A DNA stretch of 61,887 nt, the filler included. It is 9 parts of 9 records of this genome, joined end to end, with 100 filler letters (N's around TTAATTAATTAA, not from the genome) between each part and the next. Parts side by side here need not be neighbours in the genome. Positions count along the whole stretch, not along the records: positions 21,465 to 26,249 come from SRR15195285_3158; positions 26,350 to 31,691 come from SRR15195285_3162; positions 31,792 to 37,896 come from SRR15195285_3169; 6 more parts are not named here. One strand, written 5' to 3'. Position numbers and translations under genes: made by a program. Below the pieces are notes generated by a model. That model searched no databases. It saw only the letters and a list, made by a program, of their open reading frames with translations, and was not told the DNA's origin. Below are positions 22,871 to 35,326 of the stretch, piece after piece (the stretch's first letter is position 1; the number at the start of each line of letters is the position of its first letter).

Positions 22871-25800
22871 TCACCACTGGTGAGCCCGTTGCCTACTCGG
22901 GTTCATGCTGCCCGCAGACGCAAAGAGCTGAATCACGCGCACACACGCAGCAATCGCAACACGTGTCAACCGCAAAACTCGCGAACGACACACGCCTACG
23001 GCCCATGCCACAAAACTGAGGTCGCTCCCTGACTGGAGAGCAGAATATAGCGCACCTGCACGCAGCAGATCGTCCCGAAGAACGCCAACGCAATCGCCAG
23101 CAGACGAAACGCAAACCCTCCGTCACCCCCCTCCCGCGTCAGATCGTCCTCATCCGCGTCATGGCGTGGCACGACCTGCCGCTTGGCGCAGCACCCAAGT
23201 GCAAGTGTCACATCCTCCACTGATTCGCGCGTGAACGCTAACAACGTTTCCGCGTCGAGCTCCGTGGCTAAAAGATGCTCGAGTGCGGGTCCGTAGTGAA
23301 GGTTGAAGAGCAAGTCGGCAATGGCAAGAAAGTCCTGCTCTAAACCATCGAACTGCTTCCTGCGCTCAGCCACAGCAATGCCGAGGGAGCGTTTACCAGC
23401 CACGATCGTTCAAGAAAGAATGCTGGCAGTCTGCGTCTATGAGCACGGTGCGGCTGTGGCTGTGGCGCGCTGGCAACACAGAGACAAAGGCAAGTGCAGG
23501 TGCCAGCATGGTTACGTACCGGAGAGAGCGTACAGTCTCCATCGGAATCGACTCCAGTACTATATTCTGCTCCGTGTGCTGCCCTGCAAGCACTGCATTG
23601 ATCCATTCTAGACCGCCTTTCTCGTGGATGTGCTTGCCATGCGGATCGTAGGAATAGTTCTGCGCGAAGTTTTCCAATTCTGGGCACAGACAGGTTCCAT
23701 TTGCCGTACGAAGTTTCGATTAGTTTCAAGAGTGGAGTTGGTGACGCCTAATGCCTATGATCTGATGGGGCAGTGCGAGGAAGTAAACATACCATGTACC
23801 GCTTTCTTCGCGGAGCTGAGAGAGCGGTGGACGGAAGACAGAATCGTGTTGCGGTGCACGCTGTCAAGCAGGATCTGTAGACATTCGTCACACGTCAGTG
23901 ACTACGAACGATACGGACGCAGCATGGTACCACGGACAATATGGGCAGGTGTTGTGAGCACGGGTGCACATGCGTCACATGACAGTTGCACACCTGCGAG
24001 AAACCCGTGTCACGCGTCGCAAAACCGAACGGGTGTGCACCAACCGACCACAGCGAGTCTGTTGCCGCTGCACCGCGAATCACACAATGGCGCTCCATTG
24101 GTGGCACAATCCCCGCAACAGCGGTTCCGAGGGCTGCAATTATAGCGCGTGTTGGATTACGAGGGTCGATTGTGAGCAGTCCCGCCTGTTCACATGAGAT
24201 TATCGCACGGTATGGGTCCGGATTCATTACAACAGCTTTGGAGAGTGTGCATATAGTGTGAAACAGTACCGTTGTGCGAAGTGAGCATGTGTCGACATTC
24301 GCACCTGTTCCCGCCTTTCTGCTGCTAGCACCGACTCCTGAGTTGAAGTGCCGTCCTCCTGCGGCAGTTCGGCTTGCATCGCCACAATCATATCTTTGCC
24401 CGCGACTGCTAGACACCCACCACAGCGCGCCGAACCTTCGTCACGGTGGTCAAGCAGTGTCCCTGCATCCAAGCCGAGCAGCGAGAAGACATAAATCGGC
24501 ATCACGCGCGTCTGAGCCTCGGAAACGCTCCCCAACACATCAGCAGCGCCATCGTCTCCAGTATCACCCCCCATATTTGGGCCGCGGTAGTCAGGACGAC
24601 GGAGGTCACTTGGCACGCCTGCTTGCTTGTGAGCCGTGTCCGCCAGCTTTGCTTCTTCGCTCGCTCGCATCGATGCCTGCGGTGACATCAGCAGAGACAG
24701 GTTCACGCACAGCCTGATACATCTGACGCAGAATGTCGATGGGTAGGCCGCAATGCAACTGTTTGCGCAATGCCTTACCGGGGGCGGGACGGTGTTTATC
24801 AACGCATAGGCCGTCGTATCATCTGCAAATTCTTCCTGCAGCCGCAATTCCTGTTCTAGCGAAAGACCAGCGGTGTACGCTGCCCGAGCCTCCGCTCCAC
24901 CTCCGCCGGTACCGGCAGCCAGCTCAATCAAACCGCCGGCAAGAGCATCACTGCTGTGTCGCAGCTCGGATTGGAGCGCATCTGTGTCGAGGTAACGACC
25001 ATCACTGCGGCGGTGCAAAGATTTCATCACAGCCATCGCCACTGCAGGGTGATCGTGGATGTTGTGGATGGCAGTGACAACATGAAGCTCCTGCCCAGGC
25101 AAAGCCAAACTCGCGGCGGCAGCCTGGATGGCTGGCACATCCAGCGTAAAAGGGGTCGAACCGCCGGCTTGCCCCAGTGGGTCAAATTCGGCGTGGTTAG
25201 CCAGCACAATCAGCGGAACGAGAATGCGATCCACCTGTCACGGTACAGCGCTGTCTCAGAAATGCGCAATGTGGATAACAGAGACTTTCCGGATGCTCCT
25301 ACGTGGGGAGTCTCGACGCTCTCAATATCGGGCAAGAAAAGATGTCGAACTGCAGAGACAGTCAACGTTGTAATGCCTGCTCCGAGAGCGGTTAGCGTCA
25401 GAGCGTGTACCAGTATACACGGATAGCGCGCACAGAAGATTCTGATGTGAGCAGCACTGCGTGAGAAACCAGTGGGCGTCACATACCGCCGACAATTTCC
25501 GCCGCAGCCTGGGTGCCCTCCGGCAATGCAACCGCCTGGCGCAGCATCGGCAGTGTGACCTCCGCGACGACGCCTTCCTCACCGCCCACGCTGCCGCCAG
25601 AGCGGATTGGGCATGGGGCCGTCCCGATGTCTATCACTGCGTATCGCCGTGACGCAACGTAACTTGCCTACATACAAACAGCAACTTCAGCCACAAAGTG
25701 GGGACAGACGGCGTCGATCAACGAGCTGCTGGCGCGAGCACGTACAGTGCAGTGGCTGCCCTTGTATCGGTTGTAATACACAAAATTCGCGCCACCGAGC

Positions 25801-26168
25801 TTGAAGCTCGGATTGATGATGAAGAGTGCATACGGCTCCTCGTCAGGCGACGGCGTCTTGTCGTTCGAGTAGGTGCCATCCGCCGCGAAGTCGCGATGAA
25901 ACATCTTGTCGAGAACGGCCTCAGGTCCGTCCGGGGTGGATGTCACCTCGACGTCCATGGGCACAACTCCATCTGTGCGCACACGGCCATGCGCTGGCTT
26001 CGCCGCGCCCTTGAGCGCAGCCTCGTACTCCGCGAGGTCAGACAGAGAGAGGTGCTTGATGTTGTACTCCATCGAGAACTCGACGCCGAGGTTCTCGCCA
26101 GACTGCATCGCGTGTGGTGCACGAAACGGCAGCGCAGCCTGACGCACCAGGTGGGTTAGCACAGGACC
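22871..26168 (-). CDS. Conserved uncharacterised membrane protein resembling the plant At5g58100/At3g28720 family, multi-exon, 5' partial
   Basis: Blocks YALFIINP, YYNRYKG, RILVPLIVLANH, HDHPAVAMAVMKSL, YLDTDALQSELRHSSDALAGGL, TRVMPIYVFSL and NPTRAIIAAL...LWSVGAHPFG, plus a C-terminal TM. Family assignment is from memory. Confidence 0.65.
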
Positions 26169-26249
26169 TACCACTGAATACAGCCGATAACATGCGCGGC
26201 TCTAGACGCGGAGGTGTCAACGGCGGCGGCGGCGGCGGCGGCGGCGGCG

Positions 26250-26349
26250 NNNNNNNNNNNNNNNNNNNNNNNNNNNNNNNNNNNNNNNNNNNNTTAATTA
26301 ATTAANNNNNNNNNNNNNNNNNNNNNNNNNNNNNNNNNNNNNNNNNNNN
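26250..26349. other. Artificial contig linker
   Basis: N44-TTAATTAATTAA-N44; the preceding contig ends in a (GGC)n run. Confidence 0.99.
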
Positions 26350-26468
26350 AAATGATTTATTCCGGCCCGTGGAGAACCCATGTAGACTGACGCGCGCTGC
26401 CCGCGCGCCGCGCGGCGGCGAGACCTCATTACAGGGGACGAGGGGCTGCGCGCACGCACACTGGCGCG

Positions 26469-29400
26469 ATGGGGGATGACGCTGCCGAGCACTGGGCATG
26501 CTCCGGCTGCGGCTACCAGTACAACGCCCTGCGCTCCGCCGTCTGCGTCGCCTGCGATCAGAAGCGAGCGGGGCTCGGTCCGCCGCCTGCCATTCTGCCG
26601 CTCGCACCCGGGATGCCGTCGGCAACTGGTGATGGCTTTCAGCGCTTCAACAAGACCGTGGTTCCGACAGCTGCAGAAGCGGCAGCGGCAGGAAGCAGCC
26701 TGCTCGAGCCCGAGCGCCAAGCTGCGGTGGAGCGATCGCTCGCCCAGGCGGGCCAGGGGGGCGCGGAGAACATTGAGCAGCTGGTCCATGTGTTGCTCAA
26801 CGTCGTGCGTGAGCCGGACAACATGCGGTATCGGCGGTTGAAATTGACAAACCCACGCGTTGAAAAGTTGACCAGTTCACCGGGTGTTGCCGGCGTCCTG
26901 GAGGCCACCGGGTTTCAGCACACGCAGCACGAGGCACCAGTTACTGGTGGCCACGGGGCGTCTGAGACGGTGCCATATCTAGAGCTTGTGCCTATCCAGC
27001 CTGGCGACGTACCGCGCTGCGCTGCTGTCGCTCGGCTCCTGGAGAGCTGGCTGGTGCTGCGCCGGCGGATGCAAGCGTCCATGGCTGCTGGAACCGCGTC
27101 GGCTCCCGGCGCAGCTGCGCCAGACAATGCTGTACCCATACCAGCGCCAGCGCCGACGCACGTATCGAGCGCTCCGACGGCACCCCGGGAGCTCGATGTT
27201 GATCTATTGAAAACTGCCACAGGTGTTGGCCTGAACATATCAGAAGAAGGAGTCGTGAAGAAGGTAAGTACGCCGGAAGCATCCGCAGCTGGTGTGCTGC
27301 TCGGAGCGCAGATTATCGCTGTGAACGGAATCTGTGTGGACGGGCGCTCCGCGATCGTAGATGTGATGCGCGTGGTCAAAATGGGAAACGTGGTCAGGTT
27401 TACAATGCGACTACCTTCCGCTGCAGATAGTCACTGGAGCGGTGGAGACGATGAAGAAAGCCTTGCGCTAGCACGACGGCTGCAGCAAGAAGAACAAGCA
27501 TTTCAGCAGGCCCGCGTGGCGCTGATTGCGGAACGCCACGAGGAGGCTGACAGACATGCAGCACGCCAGTTGGCAGACGAACAGGAAGCGTCCCTCGCCC
27601 TCGCGCGGCAGCTGCAAGCAGAGGACGAGGAAGCTGGTCGTCGCGTGGACGTGCCAGGCACGGTGCTTCCTCCAAGTGGTTACCCTCTACCGCATGAGGC
27701 AGCTGGTGGACGCAACTCTGGGCTGGATCTCTCCCCCTCTGCTCTACGGTCCAGCCTCGACCGACAGCAGTCGGCGGCGGCGATGGATGTGTTTCGTGAG
27801 GACGAGCAAGATGCCAAAGCAAAGATTGCTGCAATCAATGCCGCATGTACAGCTGACGATCCATTTGTGGATCCTTCTTTCCCTCCAATTGCACGATCGA
27901 TTGGTAGAGCACAAGGCGACCACGGCGAGCAGGGACTGAGTGGGGCTGCAATGGAGCACTGCGAGTGGCGGAGGCCCCAGTCATTGACGCCGCATGACGG
28001 ATGGGGGCGAATGCTACAGCGGCAAGGGCAGTGGTCGGTGTTCAACGGAGACCCACTGCCATCGGATGTTGAGCAGGGGAGACTCGGAAATTGCTGGTTT
28101 CTCTCCGCACTTGCTGTACTTGCTGAGCCGCCCCATGGCCTCAGCCGTCTGAAGAACATTCTCGTTGAATCGGAGTATAATCCAGTGGGTGCATATGCAG
28201 TCCGGCTTTGTGTCGATGGGCTTTGGAGGACAACAATTGTCGACGATACTTTTCCGGCATTCGTGAAGCCGGGATATGTCCCACAGCTCCTGTTCTCCAA
28301 GTCGAAGCGTCAACAACTCTGGGTGCCGTTGATTGAAAAGGCCTTCGCGAAGCTCATGGGGTCATACGCCAACATAGAGTCTGGACGGTTGGTTGAAGCA
28401 CTCGGCCTGCTCACGGGCGCTCCGTGCGAAGATTTAGACCTTCGCGATAATGGGAAAAGTGGCGAGAGTGGTGTGGAAGAAGAAAGAGAAAGAGAAGAGC
28501 TGTTGTGGGCAAAGGTGATCTCGTATGACACGGCAGGATTTCTGATGGGTGCGTCTTGCTCCTCGCGCGGCAAGCGCGGTGAGGACAGCCGGGCACACAG
28601 GGAGCGGGCGGAGGCAGCAGAAGCGATGGGTCTTATCACGGATCACGCGTACTCGTTGCTGGCGGTAATGACGGTCGGCAGCACGCGACTTCTCAAGCTC
28701 CGCAATCCATGGGGTCGTAGTGAATGGCGGGGAGACTTTTCTCCGGGTCACCACAGCTGGACCGCCGAACTGCGCGCCGAGGCTGCGCATACGCACGCGG
28801 CAGGGGCAGGCAGCAGTGCAGAGGGTGGCAGCGGCATGTTTTGGATGAGCTGGCGTGACTTTTTGACTTATTATGCGACGTTGACTGCTTGCAAGCTACG
28901 GCCTGACTGGATGGAACGAAGAATTGCGCTACCGAAAGAACTCGCGCAACGCGGTATGCTCGGGAGTTACACATTCACAGCTCTAAAGCTGAATACCTTT
29001 GCCCCAACCTGGGCGGAGTTGACAATTCAACAGAAGAGTGGGCGCTCGCGAAAGTACGACGGTGGGGTGACCATGGGTGATGTCGGCTTGATGGTTGTTA
29101 AAGTGCCTACGACCGACCGAGACCTGCAGCGGTATGATCGCTGGAGTCTTGTCGGTGATTCTTCTCGAAAGATAGAGACATTTTCAGCATGTGAGGTTCA
29201 CCTTGAGCACGCAGGTGGTGACAGCGATACGACCTATATTGCGATCCCTACATTTGGCTTCAATCGCTCTGTGGATGGCGAGACCGATTCCACTGGGGTG
29301 ACCATACCAAGAGCCAGCGATACAAGAGAGGTTGCTGGGCCAGCGTGCTGCGTCTTCTCGGCGCATCCGCTTACGATTGAACCCGTGCAGCTGCCACTAC

Positions 29401-29843
29401 GCGCGCTTGCCGCGGGGTTGCTGCAGCGCTGCAAAGCGCACGGATCAGTGACTGTCGTGCGTGGCCAGTCGGGACTTGGTGGCTTCTTTGGCGCAGAGGA
29501 GGAGGTTGGGCGGTTCTATTTGCTTCGACATGACAGTGGGTGCGTTATCGCGGCGGAGAACTGTCATCCTACTCTGGCACTCCAGCTGACAGTGAGGATT
29601 TCTGGCAACAATATTGGCTGCTCGCGTGGCCGTTACGGCCACAGTGGCTTCGAAACCACTGATGTGGTGGCACCATCCTGCTCGCAGTTGCTGCGATTAG
29701 ATACACAAATTGTGGAGGAGAGTGGGTACTCGTACCAGATCAGCACCCAGTACAGAGCTGTCGCGAATGCACCACATGGCGGCAGCTCGGACCCATCCGT
29801 GGACCCGCATGGGCTTCACGCGCCCTTCCCGTCCTTTACTTGA
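26469..29843 (+). CDS. SOL/calpain-15-type cysteine protease with RanBP2 zinc finger, PUB, PDZ-like and UIM-like modules; intronless, 1124 aa
   Basis: Catalytic triad QGRLGNCWFLSAL, DHAYSLL, LRNPWG; ZnF WACSGC...CVAC; PUB LLNVVREPDNMRYRRLKLTNPRV...VLEATGF; SOL-like C-terminus AAENCHP...CSRG...TTDVVAPSCSQLL...GLHAPFP. Confidence 0.9.
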   Translation: MGDDAAEHWACSGCGYQYNALRSAVCVACDQKRAGLGPPPAILPLAPGMPSATGDGFQRFNKTVVPTAAEAAAAGSSLLEPERQAAVERSLAQAGQGGAENIEQLVHVLLNVVREPDNMRYRRLKLTNPRVEKLTSSPGVAGVLEATGFQHTQHEAPVTGGHGASETVPYLELVPIQPGDVPRCAAVARLLESWLVLRRRMQASMAAGTASAPGAAAPDNAVPIPAPAPTHVSSAPTAPRELDVDLLKTATGVGLNISEEGVVKKVSTPEASAAGVLLGAQIIAVNGICVDGRSAIVDVMRVVKMGNVVRFTMRLPSAADSHWSGGDDEESLALARRLQQEEQAFQQARVALIAERHEEADRHAARQLADEQEASLALARQLQAEDEEAGRRVDVPGTVLPPSGYPLPHEAAGGRNSGLDLSPSALRSSLDRQQSAAAMDVFREDEQDAKAKIAAINAACTADDPFVDPSFPPIARSIGRAQGDHGEQGLSGAAMEHCEWRRPQSLTPHDGWGRMLQRQGQWSVFNGDPLPSDVEQGRLGNCWFLSALAVLAEPPHGLSRLKNILVESEYNPVGAYAVRLCVDGLWRTTIVDDTFPAFVKPGYVPQLLFSKSKRQQLWVPLIEKAFAKLMGSYANIESGRLVEALGLLTGAPCEDLDLRDNGKSGESGVEEEREREELLWAKVISYDTAGFLMGASCSSRGKRGEDSRAHRERAEAAEAMGLITDHAYSLLAVMTVGSTRLLKLRNPWGRSEWRGDFSPGHHSWTAELRAEAAHTHAAGAGSSAEGGSGMFWMSWRDFLTYYATLTACKLRPDWMERRIALPKELAQRGMLGSYTFTALKLNTFAPTWAELTIQQKSGRSRKYDGGVTMGDVGLMVVKVPTTDRDLQRYDRWSLVGDSSRKIETFSACEVHLEHAGGDSDTTYIAIPTFGFNRSVDGETDSTGVTIPRASDTREVAGPACCVFSAHPLTIEPVQLPLRALAAGLLQRCKAHGSVTVVRGQSGLGGFFGAEEEVGRFYLLRHDSGCVIAAENCHPTLALQLTVRISGNNIGCSRGRYGHSGFETTDVVAPSCSQLLRLDTQIVEESGYSYQISTQYRAVANAPHGGSSDPSVDPHGLHAPFPSFT

Positions 29844-30143
29844 TGGCAGAACCGAGGTAGCGTTCGAGATCCGAAACTCTATCCTCGAGGAATCAGATAT
29901 AGATAGACTGAGTCCGCTATCTGGAAGACTCTATCTGGATAGGAGGTGTGCGAGTCGGGTGCCGTGTGGGGTGCGTACGTGGAGAGTTATGTCAAGGCGC
30001 TATCTGAGTCCTATGGCGTATGAATCTACAAGGCTACATGTACGTTGTTACCGGTACATCCCAATGAAAACTTTTGAGGTACGTGTTACGTACAATCAAT
30101 ATTCACAGATCGTGGAGCCCTGTCGACTTCTCCATACAATCAT

Positions 30144-31674
30144 CTAGCTGCACTCGGCGAGTGCTGTCTCCGTTGCTGACAGCCAAGCCGTGATCGCTGC
30201 ACGCACACGGCACGCACGCAACATCCACGCATATGCAGATCAATTTGGGGTACTACGGTCGATCGCACAGTGTGCTTCAGGCTACACGTACCAATATGGC
30301 ACAATATCTCATTGCGCAGCGCGGCCGTCACTGACGCCGCCGGTACTCTTGCAACGAAGCCTACGTCAGAGCGGAGCAGCAGCTCGTCTGCAGCCGTTTT
30401 AGCCTGCGTAATTGGAAGAGCGGAGACGAATTATGGTCTCAGGTCAACACAGACGCAAGCGTGTGGCAGATGAAACTTACATTAGAGGCGCCAAGGGTGC
30501 CCATCACCCAGCATAGCTGCTCACGAGTTATTGTCTGCAACTTTCGGCCCTGTGTTCGGTGCCCTTGCTGGCGCCACCGCTGATCCTCGTGTCCGCCGCT
30601 GCCAGAGGCGACGACATCGAAGAGAAAGTGGGCAGCAGCATCCTCGCGTGAGCTGGCGACGCGCGACCAACTGGATGCAGAACTCGAGAACATTTCGTCA
30701 TAATACCTGTGCAACTTGTTGAGCCGCGACGAGACCCCAACAATCCATCGCGTAAAAGAAAACTGGTCACAGTCTGCAGCTGATGCGACCGTGCTGCGAC
30801 GAAAACCGGCATAGGTAGCGTGGAGCCACGCCGAGTAAGACAGGATATCACGCGTTAACGTGGAGGACCCACCGGGACTAGCCGATGCATCCACAGGGAG
30901 AGCAACATCCTCAAAGCCTCCTTGTGAACAGATGCGATCGTACTCCTCGTGGACCTCGCGGATCCGGCTAACCGTTTCTTTCAGTCGACGCGCACGAAGG
31001 AAAAATCTAGCTGAAGCACTCGGTTCACCAGCTTGCGTTCCATCAATGTGCTGCTGAGGTGTGGTACCACCATCCCTCGCCTCGCCAAGGAGCGGCGGAG
31101 GTGAGCGAACGTTGCGCCGCGTGGACGCTCGCACTCTGCTCCTCCGCTTACTAGGTGACCGCCTACCGCTTCCACCTCCGATTATCGCACTAACGTCGCG
31201 CTGCGCTCCTTTCGTTTCCGGTCGCCGCGGGCTCTTCTGCGCAATAATGGACTTCCATGCGGCAAACATGTAGTACAACCAACGCCTCTGAAGCTGTCGT
31301 CGCATATGCGCCGCCTCGCGGAGGATTTTCTGCCGTTCAAGCTTTTTGCGTGAGACACCCTGGGCGGTTCGCATATGTATTTCACCCCGACTGGGACCAA
31401 AGCTGCCGTTTGATACATACGACATCGTGGACGCCGCTGCCGACCATGTGGCTGAGGCTGTGCTTAACCTTCGGCTGCTGCTACTTGCCCTGCCAGGATC
31501 CCGAGGTGGAGTGCGCGCGCGTGGAGGACTCTTCGTTGTCAGATCGCCTCGATTGTTGCCACCGTCCTGTCCCTGTTTTCGCCTAGTTGCATTATCTACC
31601 TCGCCATCATCGGGCTGCCACGAGTCGGGACGTGTGTCACGCATCGCCATCATCATCACCACGCCGTCGCTCAC
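30144..31674 (-). CDS. Hypothetical protein, basic disordered N-terminus, degenerate EF-hand-like C-terminus; possibly 5' partial
   Basis: 411-aa ORF ends at a gtaagt donor. Two downstream exons (AKTAADELL..., ITAWLSATETALAECS*) splice in frame. FLFDVVASGSGG...TITREQLCWVM is EF-hand-like. Confidence 0.45.
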
Positions 31675-31691
31675 GTGACTTGGCTCTGGCT

Positions 31692-31791
31692 NNNNNNNNN
31701 NNNNNNNNNNNNNNNNNNNNNNNNNNNNNNNNNNNTTAATTAATTAANNNNNNNNNNNNNNNNNNNNNNNNNNNNNNNNNNNNNNNNNNNN
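31692..31791. other. Artificial contig linker
   Basis: N44-TTAATTAATTAA-N44. Confidence 0.99.
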
Positions 31792-32304
31792 TCACTCGCC
31801 CCATCGGATCGTGGGGGCGTGATGTCGGTAGATCTACCGGCGCGCGCGGACAACGAATCCTTCGGAATCGATCGCGCGAGAGCGCGCGCGAGAGAGTTAA
31901 TCGAGTTAAAACTTTTGAAATCGCTGAAATGAAGTGCGTGTGAGCCCGCCTCGCGCGTGCGTGCCTCGTGCGTGCGCAGATCGTAGATCTAACCCGAGGT
32001 AGCTACCTAGGTATTCGAAAACTATACCAGTCAGCGTATACGCGAGCGCTGTACCATTCGAGTAATACCGTACTCAGAGCATCGTAAAGCCACTTTTGCG
32101 CTTGCCAGCCACATATACTCAAAGTCTAGTGCGATCGCACCTCAGGGCACGAGTCGAACTCGGAGACATGACATGGCATGGACTGGACAACTGTTTTCGG
32201 GAAGTTTTCGAAACGACGAATGTGGGTTTGGAGTCCGATGTTGGTTACGCTTACACGAGTTCATACGAATGCACCACGCAACATGCTCTTCTTCTAGCCA
32301 GTGC

Positions 32305-34749
32305 TCATTTCGGGTCGAGCCGCAGATACACAGAGGCTCCATAGCCGTCGATTGTAGCCGAAACACTGTTGCTACCATCAACAACAGTGAAAAACTCGAG
32401 ATTTGGCTGTGGAACATGTGGCACTCCTGTCACGACATTTGTGACTTTGAAGCTGCTGCCGCTACTCACACCGGCCTTTGTGAGGCAGGTGGCGTTGCAT
32501 ACTACCGTCGTCGGCTTCTGCATGTTGTTGATGAATAGCAGCGCAACCGATTGTCCTCCTTGTTGATCAAATTGGGGCTGCTGTGCGCCTGGAGGCGGAT
32601 CACTGAGCGGCCGGCCAAGAACTATGGTCTCTGACTTGATTTTCGAGCCGCCATTCGCACTGGTCACACACATGCCGTCTCCATTCGTAAGCTGCTTAGT
32701 AACCTTATCATATCTGCCGCAGGGACATATACACAGCATCAACAGCCACACAGACCAAATTGTGCCGTTGGCAACGCAACAGATGTGGGTTGAGTGGATG
32801 GGTGAGAAAGAAACGGTACCGAGGCTTGCAAGTATCTCAAAGATAATTACTTGGGATCTGCAGCTGTGCAGTACTTACTTCCACTTCTGTGTGGAGCCGA
32901 CAGGTGTGACACACTTCGCAAGGATGACAGTTTTGTCCTTCTGCGCTGTCGCGCACAATCCCGAGGGCAGCTTAGTCTGCAGCATCCCTTCGGCAGTCAA
33001 CGTCCATTCATTGTTGCTACCTACACGTGCACATGAAATTAGTGTAAAACACGGTTGCGGGTAGTACATGGATAAGGCAACCCCAATGTCAAGCCATATG
33101 GAGAAAAATCAACTGCCTCTGTTGCTGCTCCTCGAGCACGATGCTATTGCTGAGGCAAACGAGGACGGAGCACCCATTATGTAGCGTCTACTCGCACGTA
33201 CCGTCCCGTGCACAGGAGCTCGTCTTGTTGCACGCTTGGTACGTAATCCAGGTCTGACACGTCAGCACATTGAGACAGGTTTTGGTCGCCGTATTCGATA
33301 TGTGTCCCTTGCCATCCATATCCCACATCTGATTCTGCGGTTCCCCGCCGCACTCCGCTAATGACATCTGCCCATCAGCTCCAGCACCTTGACGGGTTTC
33401 GGCAACAACAATTGGAGTACGAGTACCCGTGCTGCCGTCGACACGTACCGCAGGAATCCCAGCACTATCCTGATTGATTGCTCTACACACGGGAAGGGTG
33501 ACGTGGAAGAAGAGAAACAGATGGCAACAGTTAGCCTCATACACACCAAGAAAGAAGATGCTGCATCTTACAGCATGCGATCGTTGGTCCAGGTCCCCAT
33601 CACAAATGGATTCAATTTGGCGAAGTCGCCTACGAGCAGCAGATTGAATGCCATGACTGTCCAGATCGAATACATCGACACGAAGCGAGCGTTAGTCATG
33701 CAACTGTCTGATGGTGTAGAGTCCGTTGGGCTGTCGCCCTTGTGGCAACCCATGCCAGGGGTCAGCTGCAGGCTCCCATCATTCCAATAGCCGCCGTTCT
33801 CTGTGGGCCCAGCATCAAGGCTGACGGGCAGGGCGTTGTCGAGATTTGTCAACACCGCTGTCCACCCACCGCCAGTGTCGGGCCCAATCCGTGCTGAATT
33901 GGCGAGGCCTTTGCCATAAGGTGCGTAGAAAGGCATCCAGCCGCACAGTGCATACCAGATGGGGTACCCGCTCTTGTTCATCGCATTGCCCATCTTTCGG
34001 TAGAGCGCGATAGCCTCCGCTTGACCTTTAGCGACAGGTTTGACGTTGCGGTCGGCGGCATAGCAGGCATCTGACTTGAACCAGTCGATCTTGTGCTTGC
34101 CAAGCCACGCTCCGTCTGTCTCCTCGTGTCCAAATTGTCCAGGGTTGCGAGCACAGTCCATCGTGCCCCGGTCTCCGTACAGACCGAAACCAAGGCCTAA
34201 CGAGTGAACGTAGCTTACAGTGTGGTCGAGACCGCTTGGCCAGAGTTTCGGATCAGGGACAAGCTCGCCTGTGGTAGAGCGATTCGGGAGGTCCCACGAT
34301 GCATCCATATTCACATAGTGAAAACCAAGTTCTTGCAGTGTCTTCTGACCACCCGTTGCCTTATACTTGACGGTGTGCATGTGGTCGGCGATGTGCTTGA
34401 CGAAGACCTCGTCGCCATAGCCTTCCGTGTGCACGCCCTCGCCGTACAGACCTGCTTGCAGCAGCGGACCCTGCGCGCAGTCCCCACGTAACCAACCAAC
34501 CCAGGCAAGACACGGAAAACTTTGCTCAGAAAGGATGGAATACTCGAAAACCATTCAGTGTAGCTGCAGGCTCGCTGTCTGGAAACTCAAGCGAGGCAGC
34601 AGTTGCAGACGATGCTGGCGACGCACGCTGCAGTTGGTGCAGTAGTCCGAATTCCAGCCCAAACCCGGTCGCCTGCCCAGCCCATTATCCAGGGCCTGTG
34701 TCTGTGTGGTGTAGAGCGCCATACCTACCGCCAGGCCGATGCGCATCAT
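32305..34749 (-). CDS. Secreted GH27 glycoside hydrolase (alpha-galactosidase family) with ricin-B lectin repeats and C-terminal beta-sandwich, multi-exon
   Basis: Signal peptide then ALDNGLGRRPGLGWNS; YVNMDASW, FGLYGDRGTMDC, IDWFKSDAC (nucleophile), RIGPD (acid/base), AINQD; QxW lectin motifs NQMWDM and TQKWK. Confidence 0.9.
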
Positions 34750-35326
34750 CACCAGATCGTTTTCGTTGCTACGATACGCGGCGTACAATTAGCGCTCCGT
34801 GGCAGCCTCGGGCTGATGCTTCTGGGCACAGGTCGTCCCGCCGGCCGCGGGCGCGCCGCGCGCATGTGCGCACGCGCCCTGACGTACGACCGCGCGCGCG
34901 ATGAAGTTGCATGAAGTGCCCAGGACGCCAATATGACGAATCCGGAGTCCGCGCATAATGATGCAAAATATTGGGAAATGACACCGGGCATAAGGCGCGA
35001 AAATGACCGCTTGGCACCGGGCATTTACGAGGGCCTCCTCACGCCGGGTGCCGCTGTCACGGTCGGGTCCGAGCAGACTAGGGCGACGGCTGTACATTCA
35101 CGCTTGACTCTCGGCAGTCTGGGGGTCGTGAATGTACCCTCTTTGGCATGCTAGCAAGCCAAGCTGAAAGGGCATACTAGGCCGCGTGACACCGAGCATA
35201 AGCACCTTATGCCCGGTGTCAAGGGAGGCAACGATGTCAACGCTCAAAGAAAGAACAACCTCCGAAGCTGTAGTGACATTGAATCACTTTCTCAGGGTTG
35301 CGCGCGTGCGCTCGCCTCTTTCTGCT

